Shown here in pieces: positions 12,446-24,985 of a DNA stretch of 64,000 nt. The notes beneath the pieces were generated by a model. It made no database searches, was not told the origin of the DNA, and saw nothing but the letters and a program-made list of their open reading frames with translations. Each line of letters opens with the position of its first letter. Positions within the stretch are counted from its first letter, which is position 1. Source of the stretch: Macrostomum lignano (taxonomy: Eukaryota); NCBI GenBank assembly GCA_002269645.1, contig NIVC01000133.1, positions 51,030 through 115,029 of the forward strand, in the 5' to 3' direction. Both the position numbers and the translations under genes were made by a program.

Positions 12446-12900
12446 CTGCAAGCAGTGATTTGCTTAAGTTTATTTTGAATTTTTTGATCCCAGGCCACAC
12501 AGATTAACTAATTAGCTACATAGTACTGTTGGCACACAATGATTATAAACTATAATACAATAATAAGATACTGTGTATATTAAAATATATTACATTATAT
12601 GCTTTTCCTAATTAAAGAAAATATCAGGAAAATATTGGAGTTAGCAGAACAGTCATAGGAAATTCCATGAAAATTCTGTGGCTAGTTCAGCTACAGTAGA
12701 GATAAACCAATAAGGCGTGTTCTAATCTTAACAGTTAAAGTTGTTAATCTATCAATATTTATGCTAGTTTAAGGTCATATTTTTCTTTATTTCTTATTTT
12801 ATATACTTTTAAGACTAGAAACATTGTTATATGCTTTTGATCTTTTTATTGTTTTTTTTACTGATTTCACTAAGAATATAGTTCATCCATCCTCTAGAAC

Positions 12901-15900
12901 CAGCGTGCCCAACGCTGCGCGGAAAATCCCAAACTGCCGCGCTGCGCGGAAATTTTTTGCCGCTGACAAAAGATACAATACTATATGGCCTTTAATTATC
13001 CAATTTCAGAAGCAGCAAATAACTAATCTGAAAGAAAGCAGCACTCTGCACTAGCAGCATAACATCTACTCACCGTATTCCTGAGGTCGAGGTCGAGGAC
13101 CAATCACGCTGCACTACTTGGAAGGAATCCTACGCCAGCATCCAAGATGCCAATGGAGATTCTTTTGGTCTTTGGTGCAAGGCACTACCTACACCTGGCT
13201 CTGTGGAGTGCACTGTGTGTGACAAAACTATCTCTATCAAATCTGGAGGCATTATAAGGCTCAAAGAACATTTGACAACGCAATTGCACCGGTCCAAAGT
13301 GGGTTCCATTCGGAACTGTAAAAAGTTAAATTTCTGTTTTTCCGCTACGAAAAGTTCCGACAAGGCGTCAAAGAAGACCACTGATGCCGAAATTCAGTTG
13401 GCAATCATGTTTGCAGAGCATGATTTGCCTTTTCGTTTAGCTGATTCCATGCCGAAGACACTAAAAAAGATGCTTCTAGACTGCAAAACCACTGAGGAGC
13501 TCTCCATTGCGAAACAAAAGATGACGTATCTCCTCAATTTCGGAGTGAGCGCTCATTTCTAGAAAGAAGTATTGAAAGAACTTAACGACAATCATTGCTA
13601 TTCATTGCTTCTAGACGAAGGAAGCATTGGTGATCGGAAGTGGTTGGCAGCCATGATCCGTCATCTAGCAGATGGACGTGTCATCACCGATTTCCTTTTC
13701 CTGCGCTCTACTGCAAGATCAGGTGCCTCAGCCGAGGCTCTGAAAGACATTGTTTTGGAGAGCTCGGCAATCGAAACTTGCAACCTAGTCACTGCTTGAC
13801 GGTAATGTCGGACAGCGCCTCTGTAATGCGTGGCAACATTGGCAGTCTTGTTGAGCGTCTGAAAGATGCGGCACCAAACTTGGTCGATGTTGGAGGCTGC
13901 ATACTGCACGATGTGCATAACTCTGCACAGCGTGCAGTAGTTCAGTTAGGAGAAGATGTTGAGGAGCTTCTGGATGACACGTACAACTATCGACGCTATG
14001 CCAAGGCTGCCGATAATTTCCGTTGGACGCAAGAAATGCTCCAGAAATCACCATTGCGAATTCTTAGACGTGTGGAGACAAGATGGCTGCATTCTTGTGT
14101 GAATCGCCACATTCAACTGAACGACTCATTAAAAGTATTTTTTCGTCGTCTTCCTGAAGTCGAGAAAAAGAACCCTAAGGTCCAGCGAATTCTACAGCGC
14201 CTGGAAGCGCCTGAAATATTGGCGTACCTAGGATTTGTTAGCTCAGCTTTGACTCCACTGTAGCGTTTTGAGAAGCTCTTTCAGGCGTCAGAACCACTCA
14301 TTTTTGATGTCTTCAGTGAAATCTCTGCTCTAATGGCGTCTGTGGCAAGCTGTTTTCTTCGGAAGTAGTGTATAGAAGCTGCAGTCTGCAGAACAGCTGC
14401 AGGATTTAGCTAACGCGGAGCGTTCGCAGCAGCTACCTGATCGAGAGCTCATCATCGGCGAAGTCGCTCGCAAAGTTCTGACATCCGAGACAGTGACGAA
14501 CTTCCAGCGTTGGTTATTTTACAACCGAGTACGCCTGTTCTACTCGACACTGTTGGCAGCATTGTTCCACTACTTGCCGCTTAAGCTGAGAATTATTCAA
14601 GCTGCAGCCTTTGCCAACCCGTTTTTAACCGAGGCTGCTACTATTTTGACTTACTTTGACTTAGCTGCAGGGCTGTCCCGGAGGGGACACAGCGGGAAGG
14701 CGCGGGCGCCCATTCCGCTAGTCCCTGAACGGCCGACGCGTCGCTATGGACGGAGGGTTGGCGCCGCCCAGGGAGGTCCCCCAGTGTCGCCAGCAGCTAT
14801 AGTGCTCTCTGGAAAAGAGAGTTCAGCCCTGCGGGTGGCCCGAAGGTAGCGCATGAGCTGATTAAAGTTATCGGGTTTGCACGCTTCAGTAATAGATGTG
14901 TGTGGCCCGAGGTAAGTGAGTCTGGCCCGCGTGAAGGCGGGACAGATGCTGACGAAATGCTCAGCGGTTTCGTCACCTGAGTTGCAGAAACTACAGGTGG
15001 CGTTGGTGGCGTTGCCCTGCAGGTACTGGTGCCTGGAGAAGCAGCCGTGACCAGAGAGGGTCATGGTGGCAGCCCGGATGTCTCTGCGCGAGAGGCGCAA
15101 GAGGAGCTTCCGGAGCTGGTGGGAGGGCTGAGGGACAGCGCCTCTGGATTGCCTGCAGGTAGTGCAGTTCGCCCAAGTCGAGCGGTGCTGGGTCCTGATC
15201 CACGCTTTGATGCGCGAGTCGATGACACAGCCAGGAATCGGGACAAGGGGTTCGGGACCGAGAGAGGAGCCGGAGGCACCAACTTTTGCAAGGGTGTCAG
15301 CCAACTCATTACTGAACAGCAGCTGTGTTACATGGCGCGCCGGCTGCATGTACTCGACACGCAGGATGCTGAGTGGCGGCGATTCGGCTGCAGAAGCAGC
15401 TGCCAGTCACTGAGCAACTGAAGGACGAGCCTCGACGCGTCGAGCTGCTGTGGGACAAAGTGCAGGCTTCAGGTGATTATCCGATTCTGGCAGAATTCGC
15501 TCGAAAAACACTGATCCTGCCTCATGGAAATGCCGACATTGAGCGTCAGTTTAGCAAACTGAGTCGAATTTGCGAAAGGACCGCAACCGGCTGCAGGATC
15601 CATTGCTTAACGGCATAATGACCGTTCAAACCTTCTGCGCTGCTTGCAGCATTACCAGCAAGTCGATTGTAATAAAGGAAGCCGTGAATGCGTGAATGTG
15701 TGATTGTGTGAATGTGCCCGGCAGTCGAGCGTTGCGTACAAGAGGTATTTAAAGGTGCACGAGCAATAGGAGAAGGAGGCAGAAGCAGCAGCTGCTGCTG
15801 CAGTTGCTGAAAAGGAAAAGGCTGCTCAAGTCGAGAGAGCCCGAAATAAAGCGGAGGCTGACAAGGCAAAGGCGCGGGAGCTTGCTACGAAGCGAAAGCT

Positions 15901-16230
15901 AGCCATGGAATATATGGCTCACACTAAACACCTCTTGTCTGAGGTTGAGCAGGAAGATTCAGCTGCACCTCCAGCAGGACAAAAACGAGGGGCAACTCGA
16001 CCAGCAGCATCTGCCACATCTGTGCCTCTACCGCCGCCGCCTCTGCCACCAACCCCAGCTAACAAGAAGGTTAAGATTAGCAAAGCTCCGAAAGAGAAAG
16101 CTTAGGGACATTAGCACTGTTACTGACATTGAGCAGATCACTGAACATTTTGCTGCCTGCTGCCTTTTTAGCTTATTTAGCTTAGGACCAGCGCTTTTGC
16201 GACGCCTACAGCTGCTATAAAAAGACAAAG
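12901..16230 (+). mobile_element. Decayed hAT-family DNA transposon (BED finger + transposase + dimerisation domain)
   Basis: ECTVC...LKEH zinc finger, YSLLLDE, GGCILHDVHN (CxxH), ETRWL, LILPHGNADIERQFS; in-frame TAGs (13560, 14261) and frameshifts; candidate left end CAGCGTGCCCAAC with repeated CGCTGCGCGGAAA; right TIR not found, so the 3' limit is approximate. Confidence 0.85.
14643..15309 (-). mobile_element. 5'-truncated non-LTR retrotransposon fragment (RNase H end + C-terminal Cys/His knuckle; I/R1/LOA-like) nested in the hAT
   Basis: NELADTLAK..GPEP...LSGHG...CSFC..GDETAEHFVSICPAF; TACT on both flanks (14639-14642, 15310-15313). Confidence 0.85.
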
Positions 16231-18066
16231 AAGTAATTAATTATTAGTAGATGATATTTCTAATTTTCATCTTGTCTTCCTTTTAAATCTCTACTCCAAC
16301 TCATTGATCATTGTTTCACACTCCTCAGCAGTTAGCAAGCGCTACTATACCCACTGAAACAAATTTTGTTCTCCTGTTCTATTGTATCAATAGTACCCCA
16401 GTTGCTTTTCTTATTGGCATATTATAATTTTACTTCTTTATGATCTTAAATGCAAAAGCATAAAATCATGTCCTTTTTAACATTTTCAATTTTTTTGTTA
16501 TATCAGAATGTGAGACTTTTTTTCTAACTATTCTTGCTCCCAAACTAAGAAAACTTAATTACCATTATCAACTATTATTCATTGGTAAATATACTCGAAT
16601 TGGGACAAAGGGAACTTACCTTTACATTTAATCATATTTAGAAATATTTAGGAATGGTATTCCTAAAAATGTCAAGCCTACAAATAGAAAGACAATAGCA
16701 CCCCTTTAATATTGATAGTAGCCTTAGTAATGACAACTATATTCTTATTTTATTTAGACTTTGTTATTTTCACTTCTGAACATATGTGCATTTTTATAAT
16801 ATGCAATACTTATTAAAAGAAACTTACAACCTTGTAGGCAAAATTAATCTTAAAAATAAATAATTCTAATAAGCTTAGTTATCTATTGATAAAAATCTTG
16901 ATTCAAAATAGATCAATTTTATTAATAAACCATTACTTAACACTTATATTTTCCTTTATTTAAACTACTTGAACCTTAAGAAGCTATAATTAACAAAAGT
17001 TAATAGTTAATAAAAGCTAATAAAATATTTTTCATTAGCATGTATGCAATATTGTATCTATATCTAAAAATAACTATCAAGGTACTCTAGTATAAGCATC
17101 TTCTTGTTCTCCTTTGACTACTTGTACCATTTCTTAAATATGCAAAGATGGCTTCCTAGAAACTACAAACTATAGCTATGGAAATAGGCAGAAATCGCAA
17201 AGTTAATAACATAGTATTTATATGCCAATGGCCTATGGAAATTATTAGTTAAACTGAGTATTTATTATGAATATTAATTTAGTATTTATAATATCCATTG
17301 TTTAGACTTTGTTCATTGTTAATTGATTAATATATATTAAAGGAGATAGATAAGATAGCCAAACTAAAATAGGCCCATATAAACATAAATAAAAGCAAAG
17401 CAATCCTTCAATTTTGCAATAATTAAACAAAGAGCCTATGCAGAAATAAAAGATAACCAAAACTCAAAAGCTGTTAGTTGAGGAAAATAAGATAATAAAA
17501 ACAAAAAAACTGATTTTTTAGTCTTAGCAAGTCTTATGCTACTATATTGAGGTGTCTCCATCTGCATCTTAGCAATGTTGTACCTAAGGTAGCAATTCTT
17601 GACTTTAAAGGTAACTATATCATAGTAGGCATTTAGTGAAATATTCTCTACCACAAGGAAACAAGGCTGCTTATTCTATTCTAGCCAAGCTATCTAGTAT
17701 TAGATCCAATCCAACTTGATGGTCTAACTTAAGCATTCAGGAATCATATAGTAACAAAGAAAAGAATTTCTATTGATAGCTAATGGCACTTTTATTTCTA
17801 TTAGCTAAACACATAGTGATTGGATTTAATGATTTTATTAGATCTACAAATGATGCCAAGTTGCTCTAGCCAGTAGAAACATATTGAGACAACTGCTGAC
17901 ATAGGCCTATCCTATGTAGAGCAAGATAAATATTAAAATTTTTGGCAGAAAGTTTGCATAAATAATGAAGTAGAAAACTGATTATCATTTGCTAAAGAAC
18001 AAAGTAGGCCATGCAAAATTTCTATTATATATAATATTTCAGCTATATAAGGAAACCAAATTGGAA

Positions 18067-18970
18067 GTGCTTATCCCTACAGTCCTGTGTCAAGAATTCC
18101 AATTTTATCCACATGGATCCGTGTTGATAATTTCTAGCTTATCCTTACAGCAGTTTATTGAAATAGCTGCCACCATTCAAGTCTATAGGCTGTGTCAATA
18201 ATTCCAATTTTATCCACATGGATCCATGTCAATAATTTTTTGCTTATCCCTATAGCTAAGATTATGCAATTGTTTATGTTTATTTTTGTGTTTTGATGTT
18301 AAATCAATATTGTCATTATTATTAGTATTATTACTCATTATTATTATATTTTGAATTTTGAATTTTGCAAGTCATTTGCCTCAATCTTCAAGGGTCCGTT
18401 CTAAGCAAAGATAGCAGCTAAGCAAATATTTAAAATTAACCCTTTTAACAATGAAAAAGTTTTAACAAAGTACTTAATACTATTTAGTATTTAGTAGTTT
18501 ACTTGGAATATTTATAAAACAGTGAAAAAATAGATAGTTTTGAACAGATTCATTTTAAGGTTCTCTATTCTAATAAGGTGCCATTGGGATAAGCTAGAAA
18601 TTATCGACATGGATCCATGTGAACATACATGCGCAACGTCCAAAATTCGATCGGCTGTGCAACTTAGTTTTAACAAAAATGCGACATAGTTTTTGGCCAA
18701 AAATGCGACTTACATGTAAAAAAACCCTAAAGCAAAATTAACGCAACTTTGGGTAAACGGCAGGAGTAACTATTACTGTCTTATCAGGCAAAAATGCCTC
18801 GTCAGCTACTTAGTACTACTACTTTGGTATTTTTTGGTGGGCATTTTTGCGACTTCCTTGGTTGGCTGCCAAACCAGTCGGCCAGATCGGCCGACTCGGC
18901 CGACTGTTGCGCATGTATGCATGTGAATAAAATTGGAATTATTGGCATGGGACCATGGGAATAAGCACTT
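18067..18970. repeat. Imperfect inverted-repeat (foldback-like) structure
   Basis: 18067-18145 (second partial copy ~18190-18255) is the reverse complement of 18586-18623 + 18928-18970. Confidence 0.7.
18624..18919. mobile_element. 296-bp MITE, 14-bp perfect TIR, 8-bp TSD (hAT- or P-type)
   Basis: TIR CATACATGCGCAAC (18624-37) / GTTGCGCATGTATG (18906-19); TSD CATGTGAA at 18616-23 and 18920-27. Confidence 0.9.
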
Positions 18971-19974
18971 TTAAGCAGTAAGCAGCTTTAAGCTACTTTG
19001 AGCATAGGCCAAAGGTTGCTAGAGGGGAAAAGCAATGAGCATGCCCAAAATGAATGGCCAGCCTTCCCTTGAGGAGTGTGAGAATTTTAAAGCTATAGAG
19101 TATAGAGATAGATAGTCATAAACCTGCAAGCACAGTATCTATGCTTTTCGATGCCTATGCTTTTTAGTGCCCAGCATTTTGGTGCCCCAGTTTGCTTTTC
19201 GGTGCCTAGGTTATAAAATAGAATTGGACACAAAAAGATAGAAAATGAGCCCTAAAAATTAGCATTAAGTGCTTTGCTGACTGACCTCTCCCTTTCACTC
19301 ATTTTAGCCTTTAGGCCCTAACTCAACTAAAGCAAAATTGCTAAAACTAAGCAATCTACCCTTGCCTCTAAAATAACAGTAACAAACTTGTTTAGCGGTT
19401 ATCACTAGTGCTAATCCACGATTTTTGTGATGCAGCTGCAGTATGCACGATGCACCCGTAAGTCCCGTAAAGTCCGCAACCTTATTCTGTAGTATACACT
19501 TTGTATAGCAGACAATTGTGAGTTGTGTCTTTTTAACTGCCCTAGTAATGAACCAAGAAAAATAAATTGTATGTTTACATACACACAATAAGACTGAACC
19601 ATTGAAAATTAAAATAACAAAGCTCCACATTTGGGGTGCAGAATGAGACATTTTGGATCGCGCAATCAAATATCACAGAATATAGCAGTTCAGAAATTGT
19701 TGTGTGGCGATGTATAAAAAAATCATTTTAGCATTACTGCATTTTAAAAATGTTTATTTTATAATAATTAGCGTATTTATTTTAAATTGTGAGCTATATT
19801 CACTTCAGCCTGACACATACTTTCAAAAAGTTTGTTTTATCACATGTTTTTTAAAGAAGTACACGGGTCCACATGGACCGTAGTGGCTATTCGCTACCGT
19901 ACGGTGTTTCATATGTTCATATGTACCATATGTTTCAATACTAAATTCGACTTTTCAGATGTTGCATTGTGACT

Positions 19975-20125
19975 AATATCTAATAGTTACTAATCTAGTT
20001 ATAATCTAATAATCTAGTTACTAATCTAATAATCTAATCTACTAATAATCTACTAATAATCTACTAATCTAATAATCTAGTTACTAATCTAATAGTTACT
20101 AAACTAGTTATCTAATACTAATAGT
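19975..20125. repeat. AT-rich simple repeat (CTAATCTAATAAT-like)
   Basis: Direct. Confidence 0.8.
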
Positions 20126-21179
20126 TGCAACTTATCGATGTTGGCTAAATATATTCGTCACATTTCTTTATTGTACGAAACTCAGAAAAAAGGTTGGTTA
20201 CATTCAGTACATCAGGGATCAAGCTGTATTGAGAGTCTAACTTTTGTCAACTCTTTGTGTGGAAATGAACTGGAAACAACTAGAGGGGCACCATACAATG
20301 ACAGTGGTCCTTGGCGCCATACTGAGCGAACTGCAGAGGGCGGTGAAAGGATCTTTTTTGATGAGGACCTGAGCTAATATAGTATACGTATGGAAGTTAG
20401 ACAGGCAAATAATTCTATGCTTGCTTTCTGGCCCTCAATTGTGTCTTTTTCCTGTTTCGAATTTAATTTCACTCTGTATAATTCAAAGTTATTATAGTTC
20501 AGAATAGACCTATAGATGATATTGGAACTGCCAGCCCAAGGAAAAGGAGCGCCAGATCATCGCCAGCCACAATGGAGGGCGGCCGCCTCGCCGCGCCGGC
20601 TGCAGCCCCCTTAAATTTGCCCCTGTCTGTTTCTAATCAATCGTATTTTACATATGCACAGCCAGCACCGGGCTGCGTTCAGCGCCTTGATAGCTACTAG
20701 GATTTGCTTTTTCTACAATACTCGTATCTACAAATGCATTCTACAAGATGCACATGTGGTTAGTTATAGTGAATCAAAATCAGCCCAGGTTGACCTTCAG
20801 ACGTAAATAACTCAGCAGAAATAGAATCCAACAATTCTCAAAATAAGAATAAATAAAGGAGAAAAACCCCATAACTAGCCTACAAGAAAAATGACATGAG
20901 AACTCAGGTGCGATTCTACTATTGAAAAAAAGTTAGTCCTCATCACTAATATCGCACATAAAAAAACAAAAAAGTGAACTTCTATCGCTTAGCATGGTTG
21001 CTGAAGGATTTTCTTATGGTGAGTATGTACTTTGAGTAGTCCTTGGAGAAAGCATTAATAAATTCAGCAATTGGAGAGAGAATTAAGTAGCAATTCAAAA
21101 AGTGATGTCTGCATAGTCTTGCAGGAGTATCTAGCTCGTACTTAAAAACTGTGGTAACCGTCTTTACTGTTTGGTTGGA

Positions 21180-21326
21180 TTAGAAGGTGGTCCGCTCGCT
21201 GGACACAATGACCCTATCCATGCTATGTGTGTAGAGCATGTCCAGCTCATCAGGGCTGAGCGGCGTGCTCTGCAGCTCCAGCTCCCAGGCTATGAGATCG
21301 GCGATCTCTCGGGTCAGCCTGACCGG
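21180..21326 (-). CDS. Uncharacterised ~130-aa protein, last exon
   Basis: Acceptor ATTTCAG, phase 0; PVRLTREIADLIAWELELQ...ERTTF*; GC-rich, codon-like. Confidence 0.55.
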   Translation of the reverse strand, partial: PVRLTREIADLIAWELELQSTPLSPDELDMLYTHSMDRVIVSSERTTF

Positions 21327-21421
21327 CTGAAATTGATGCGATGCCGCTTTCGAATTAAGGCAACAAATTGGATGAGGATACATGAAAATCATACAGCCAG
21401 TTCTTGAAATGAGCTGCTAAC

Positions 21422-21620
21422 CTTGACTCTGCCAGCCTCGCCAGATTTGAACGAGTCGAGGCCCCCACTTCGCAGGAAGTGCTGGGAGATGGCGTCTTTC
21501 TTAGAAATAGCGCACGCCATCGTCGAGTCCAACTCTTCGTCTTCAGTGACTGTGGAATCTCGCGGCGTCTCCTTGTTGTAGACCAGCTCGAATAGTGAAG
21601 AGTCGATCATTGCGCTCGAA
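21422..21620 (-). CDS. Uncharacterised ~130-aa protein, middle exon
   Basis: Branch-like GCTAAC plus pyrimidine tract before GGCAG (phase 2); donor GTTAGC phase 0 onto a 95-nt intron. Confidence 0.55.
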
Positions 21621-21835
21621 CTGCCGCGCATTGAAAGGGTAAAAGTTAGCTCTTCTATACAGACTACTGACCATCGTTAAGTAAGACGCTATGCTTTTAA
21701 ATACGCAAAACTGACCATTTTCACCATCCAGAGGCGAACATGTGTCCCCCCCATAAAAGCTATGGGGACATGCCAATGCTTTTCTCCCCACCCCAACTTG
21801 TGGCCCGTTGTGGAAATCGATATTATAGTTCTGCT

Positions 21836-22973
21836 CAGGGGCGTCACCATGGATTTTATGGTGGTGGGGGGGGGCAAAGCCAAGAATTCTACATGTGTAC
21901 ATGTACATGATTAAATTCCTAATTGTACATTACTTTCAGAATCGGTGTTTTTAGCCCTCGTTTTAGCGTCGCAGGCACTCATTTTGGCGTCGCAGGCCCT
22001 ACATTTTGTCACCCTGAAGCAAAATTATTGATTTCCATAACAGGTCACAAGGTGGGGTGGGGCGACAAAGCATTGGCATGTCCCCCCATAGCTTTTACTA
22101 TGGGGCGATGTCCCCCCATAGCTTTTACTATGGGGCGATGTCCCCCCATAGCTTTTACTATGGGGCGATGTCCCCCCAATGCTTTTACTATGGGGCGATG
22201 TCCCCCCATAGCTTTTACTATGGGGCGATGTCCCCCCCCCCAGGTAGCGACGCCCCTGGTTTTGCTTCAGGGCGCCAAAATGAGCGCCTGTCTGCGGCGC
22301 CAAAATGAGCGCCTGTCTGCGGCGCCAAAATGAGCGCCTGCCTGCGGCGCCAAAATGAGCGCCTGGCTGCGGCGCCAAAATGAGCGCCTGCCTGCGGCGC
22401 CAAAATGAGTGCCTGTCTGCGGCGCCAAAATGAGCGCCTGCCTGCGGCGCTAAAATGAGCGCCTGCCTGCGGCGCCAAAATGAGTGCCTGAATGCGGCGC
22501 CAAAATGAGCGCCTGCCTGCGGCGCTAAAATGAGCGCCTGCCTGCGGCGCCAAAATGAGTGCCTGTCTGCGGCGCCAAAATGAGCGCCTGCCTGCGGCGC
22601 TAAAATGAGCGCCTGCCTGCGGCGCCAAAATGAGTGCCTGAATGCGGCGCCAAAATGAGTGCCTGAATGCGGCGCCAAAATGAGTGCCTGAATGCGGCGC
22701 CAAAATGAGCGCCTGCCTATGGCGCTAAAATGAGCGCCTGCCTGCGGCGCCAAAATGAGTGCCTGCCTGCGGCGCCAAAATGAGTGCCTGCCTGCGGCGC
22801 TAAAATGAGCGCCTGCCTGCGGCGCCAAAATGAGTGCCTGCCTGCGGCGCCAAAATGAGTGCCTGCCTGCGGCGCTAAAATGAGCGCCTGCCTGCGGCGC
22901 CAAAATGAGTTCTAACAGCACCGATTCTCAAAAAAATGTTACATGTAGGAATTTAGTCATGGCGACGCCTCTG
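21836..22973. mobile_element. Non-autonomous foldback/MITE-like element containing 30-bp and 25-bp tandem arrays
   Basis: Ends CAGGGGCGTCACCATG / CATGGCGACGCCTCTG (14/16 inverted); inner arms inverted; 5x30-bp at 22081-22230 and ~26x25-bp at 22265-22915; no TSD found. Confidence 0.65.
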
Positions 22974-23278
22974 TCACCATCTGATTACATGCATGTCCTT
23001 ACGTACTACTGGCATGTCGATCCCTGATACATAAGGGACTTTAAGAATTCTATTTATTGATATATGATCTACTTTAATTCTATTTTCAGCAGCGCCGAAT
23101 CAAGCTGACGGACGCTGATGGACTCGCTAGAGCAGCGAGCGGCGCACCGCATTTTAGATCGGCTTCGAGCGAGTCACCAACGCGGTACATCCTACTGCCC
23201 ACAGACGATGCAGGCTCCAGCTGCCCAAGAGGATTGCTGCCCACTTCCGAAAGCAACTCTGCTAATTTTTAGACTCAC

Positions 23279-23325
23279 TCAGAGCGTGGTCGAACTGCAG
23301 TGAGCAGCACCGCCTTGCTGCTCAT
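23279..23325 (-). CDS. Uncharacterised ~130-aa protein, candidate first coding exon
   Basis: ATG 23325 MSSKAVLLTAVRPRS; donor GTGAGT at 23278, phase 2 matches the next acceptor; could instead be an internal exon. Confidence 0.4.
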
Positions 23326-23957
23326 GCTTGCTTCTGGTCGAATCTGGTCGATCGGATGAATGCAGTAGGCTGCTCACTGCAGACTCAGCAGGGCAGTGGC
23401 TTGATTTATCAAGCTTATTTTCTGTTTAAGCTCTTTCCTTTAAGGGCACAGTATAGATTTGCATTTGGAATTTAAAGTGACTATTTTTAACATTAACGAT
23501 TGCTATGCCTCTTGCCGAGAAAGTGATATGTATTCGGTGGCAGAGTTGCGCAGTGCCAGAGAGCTTAAACCAACGCAGCTGTTATCTTTCCTCGAACTCT
23601 GTATGGGTTTTGCCGAATGCATAATAGACCTGTAAATTGACTCGCCGTGCACTCGCTCGACCAGAGTCACGTGCCTTCTGTGCTTTAGATCATTAGGAGC
23701 AAGTCTTGCTCATAGGTTAGTTAGTCGGAGGCAGTCAGCGAAGAGGCAAGAAGTGAATGCCCATGCACACCATTGACTGGAATACGGACCCGTGCATAGC
23801 ATTCACACAGGGTGTACAGCGGCTTTAGCATGTACACCCACATTTTGGACTGGGGTTTGAGATTGGGGAATCGCACAATATGTCAGACCAATTTTAGAAC
23901 GATTCGCTCAGAATCGAATCAAGGCACTTAATACTACAGATCTAGATGTGCTACTTT

Positions 23958-24985
23958 TCTAGCTGTGTTGTCAATGAGTCTAGTCCAGCTATGTTGTCAA
24001 TGAGTCTAGCTGTGTTGTCAATGAGTCTAGCTGTGTTGTCAATGAGTCCAGCTGTGTTGTCAATGAGTCTAGTCCAGCTATGTTGTCAATGAGTTGTCAA
24101 TGAGTCTTGTGTTGTCAATGAGTCTAGCTGTGTTGTCAATTAGTCAAGCTGTGTTGTCAATGAGTCCAGCTGTGTTGTCAATGAGTCTAGCTGTGTTGTC
24201 AATGAGTCCAGCTGTGTTGTCAATGAGTCTAGCTGTGTTGTCAATGAGTCCAGCTGTGTTGTCAATGAGTCCAGCTGTGTTGTCAATGAGTCTAGCTGTG
24301 TTGTCAATGAGTCCAGCTGTGTTGTCAATGAGTCTAGCTGTGTTGTCAATGAGTCCAGCTGTGTTGTCAATGAGTCTAGTCCAGCTATGTTGTCAATGAG
24401 TTGTCAATGAGTCTTGTGTTGTCAATGAGTCTAGCTGTGTTGTCAATTAGTCAAGCTGTGTTGTCAATGAGTCCAGCTGTGTTGTCAATGAGTCTAGCTG
24501 TGTTGTCAATGAGTCTAGCTGTGTTGTCAATGAGTCTAGCTGTGTTGTCAATGAGTCTAGCTGTGTTGTCAATGAGTCCAGCTGTGTTGTCAATGAGTCT
24601 AGCTGTGTTGTCAATGAGTCTAGCTGTGTTGTCAATGAGTCTAGCTGTGTTGTCAATAAGTCTAGCTGTGTTGTCAATGAGTCTAGCTGTGTTGTCAATC
24701 GGTTTAGCTGTGTTGTCAATCAGTTTAGCTGTGTTGTCAATGAGTCTAGCTGTGTTGTCAATGAGTCTAGCTGTGTTGTCAATGAGTATAGCTGTGTTGT
24801 CAATGAGTCTAGCTGTGTTGTCAATGAGTCTAGCTGTGTTGTCAATGAGTATAGCTGTGTTGTCAATGAGTATAGCTGTGTTGTCAATGAGTCTAGCTGT
24901 GTTGTCAAATGAGTCTAGCTGTGTTATTAATGGGTCTTGCTGTGTTGTCAAATGAGTCTAGCTGTGTTATTGTTGGGTCTAGCTA
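23958..24985. repeat. 21-bp minisatellite (GTGTTGTCAATGAGTCTAGCT)
   Basis: Direct; 21-bp period. Confidence 0.95.

Noticed and set aside
21543-21640. FTIRAGLQQGD as an RT motif
   Set aside because: Stops within 7 codons, no other RT motifs, and overlaps a better spliced frame
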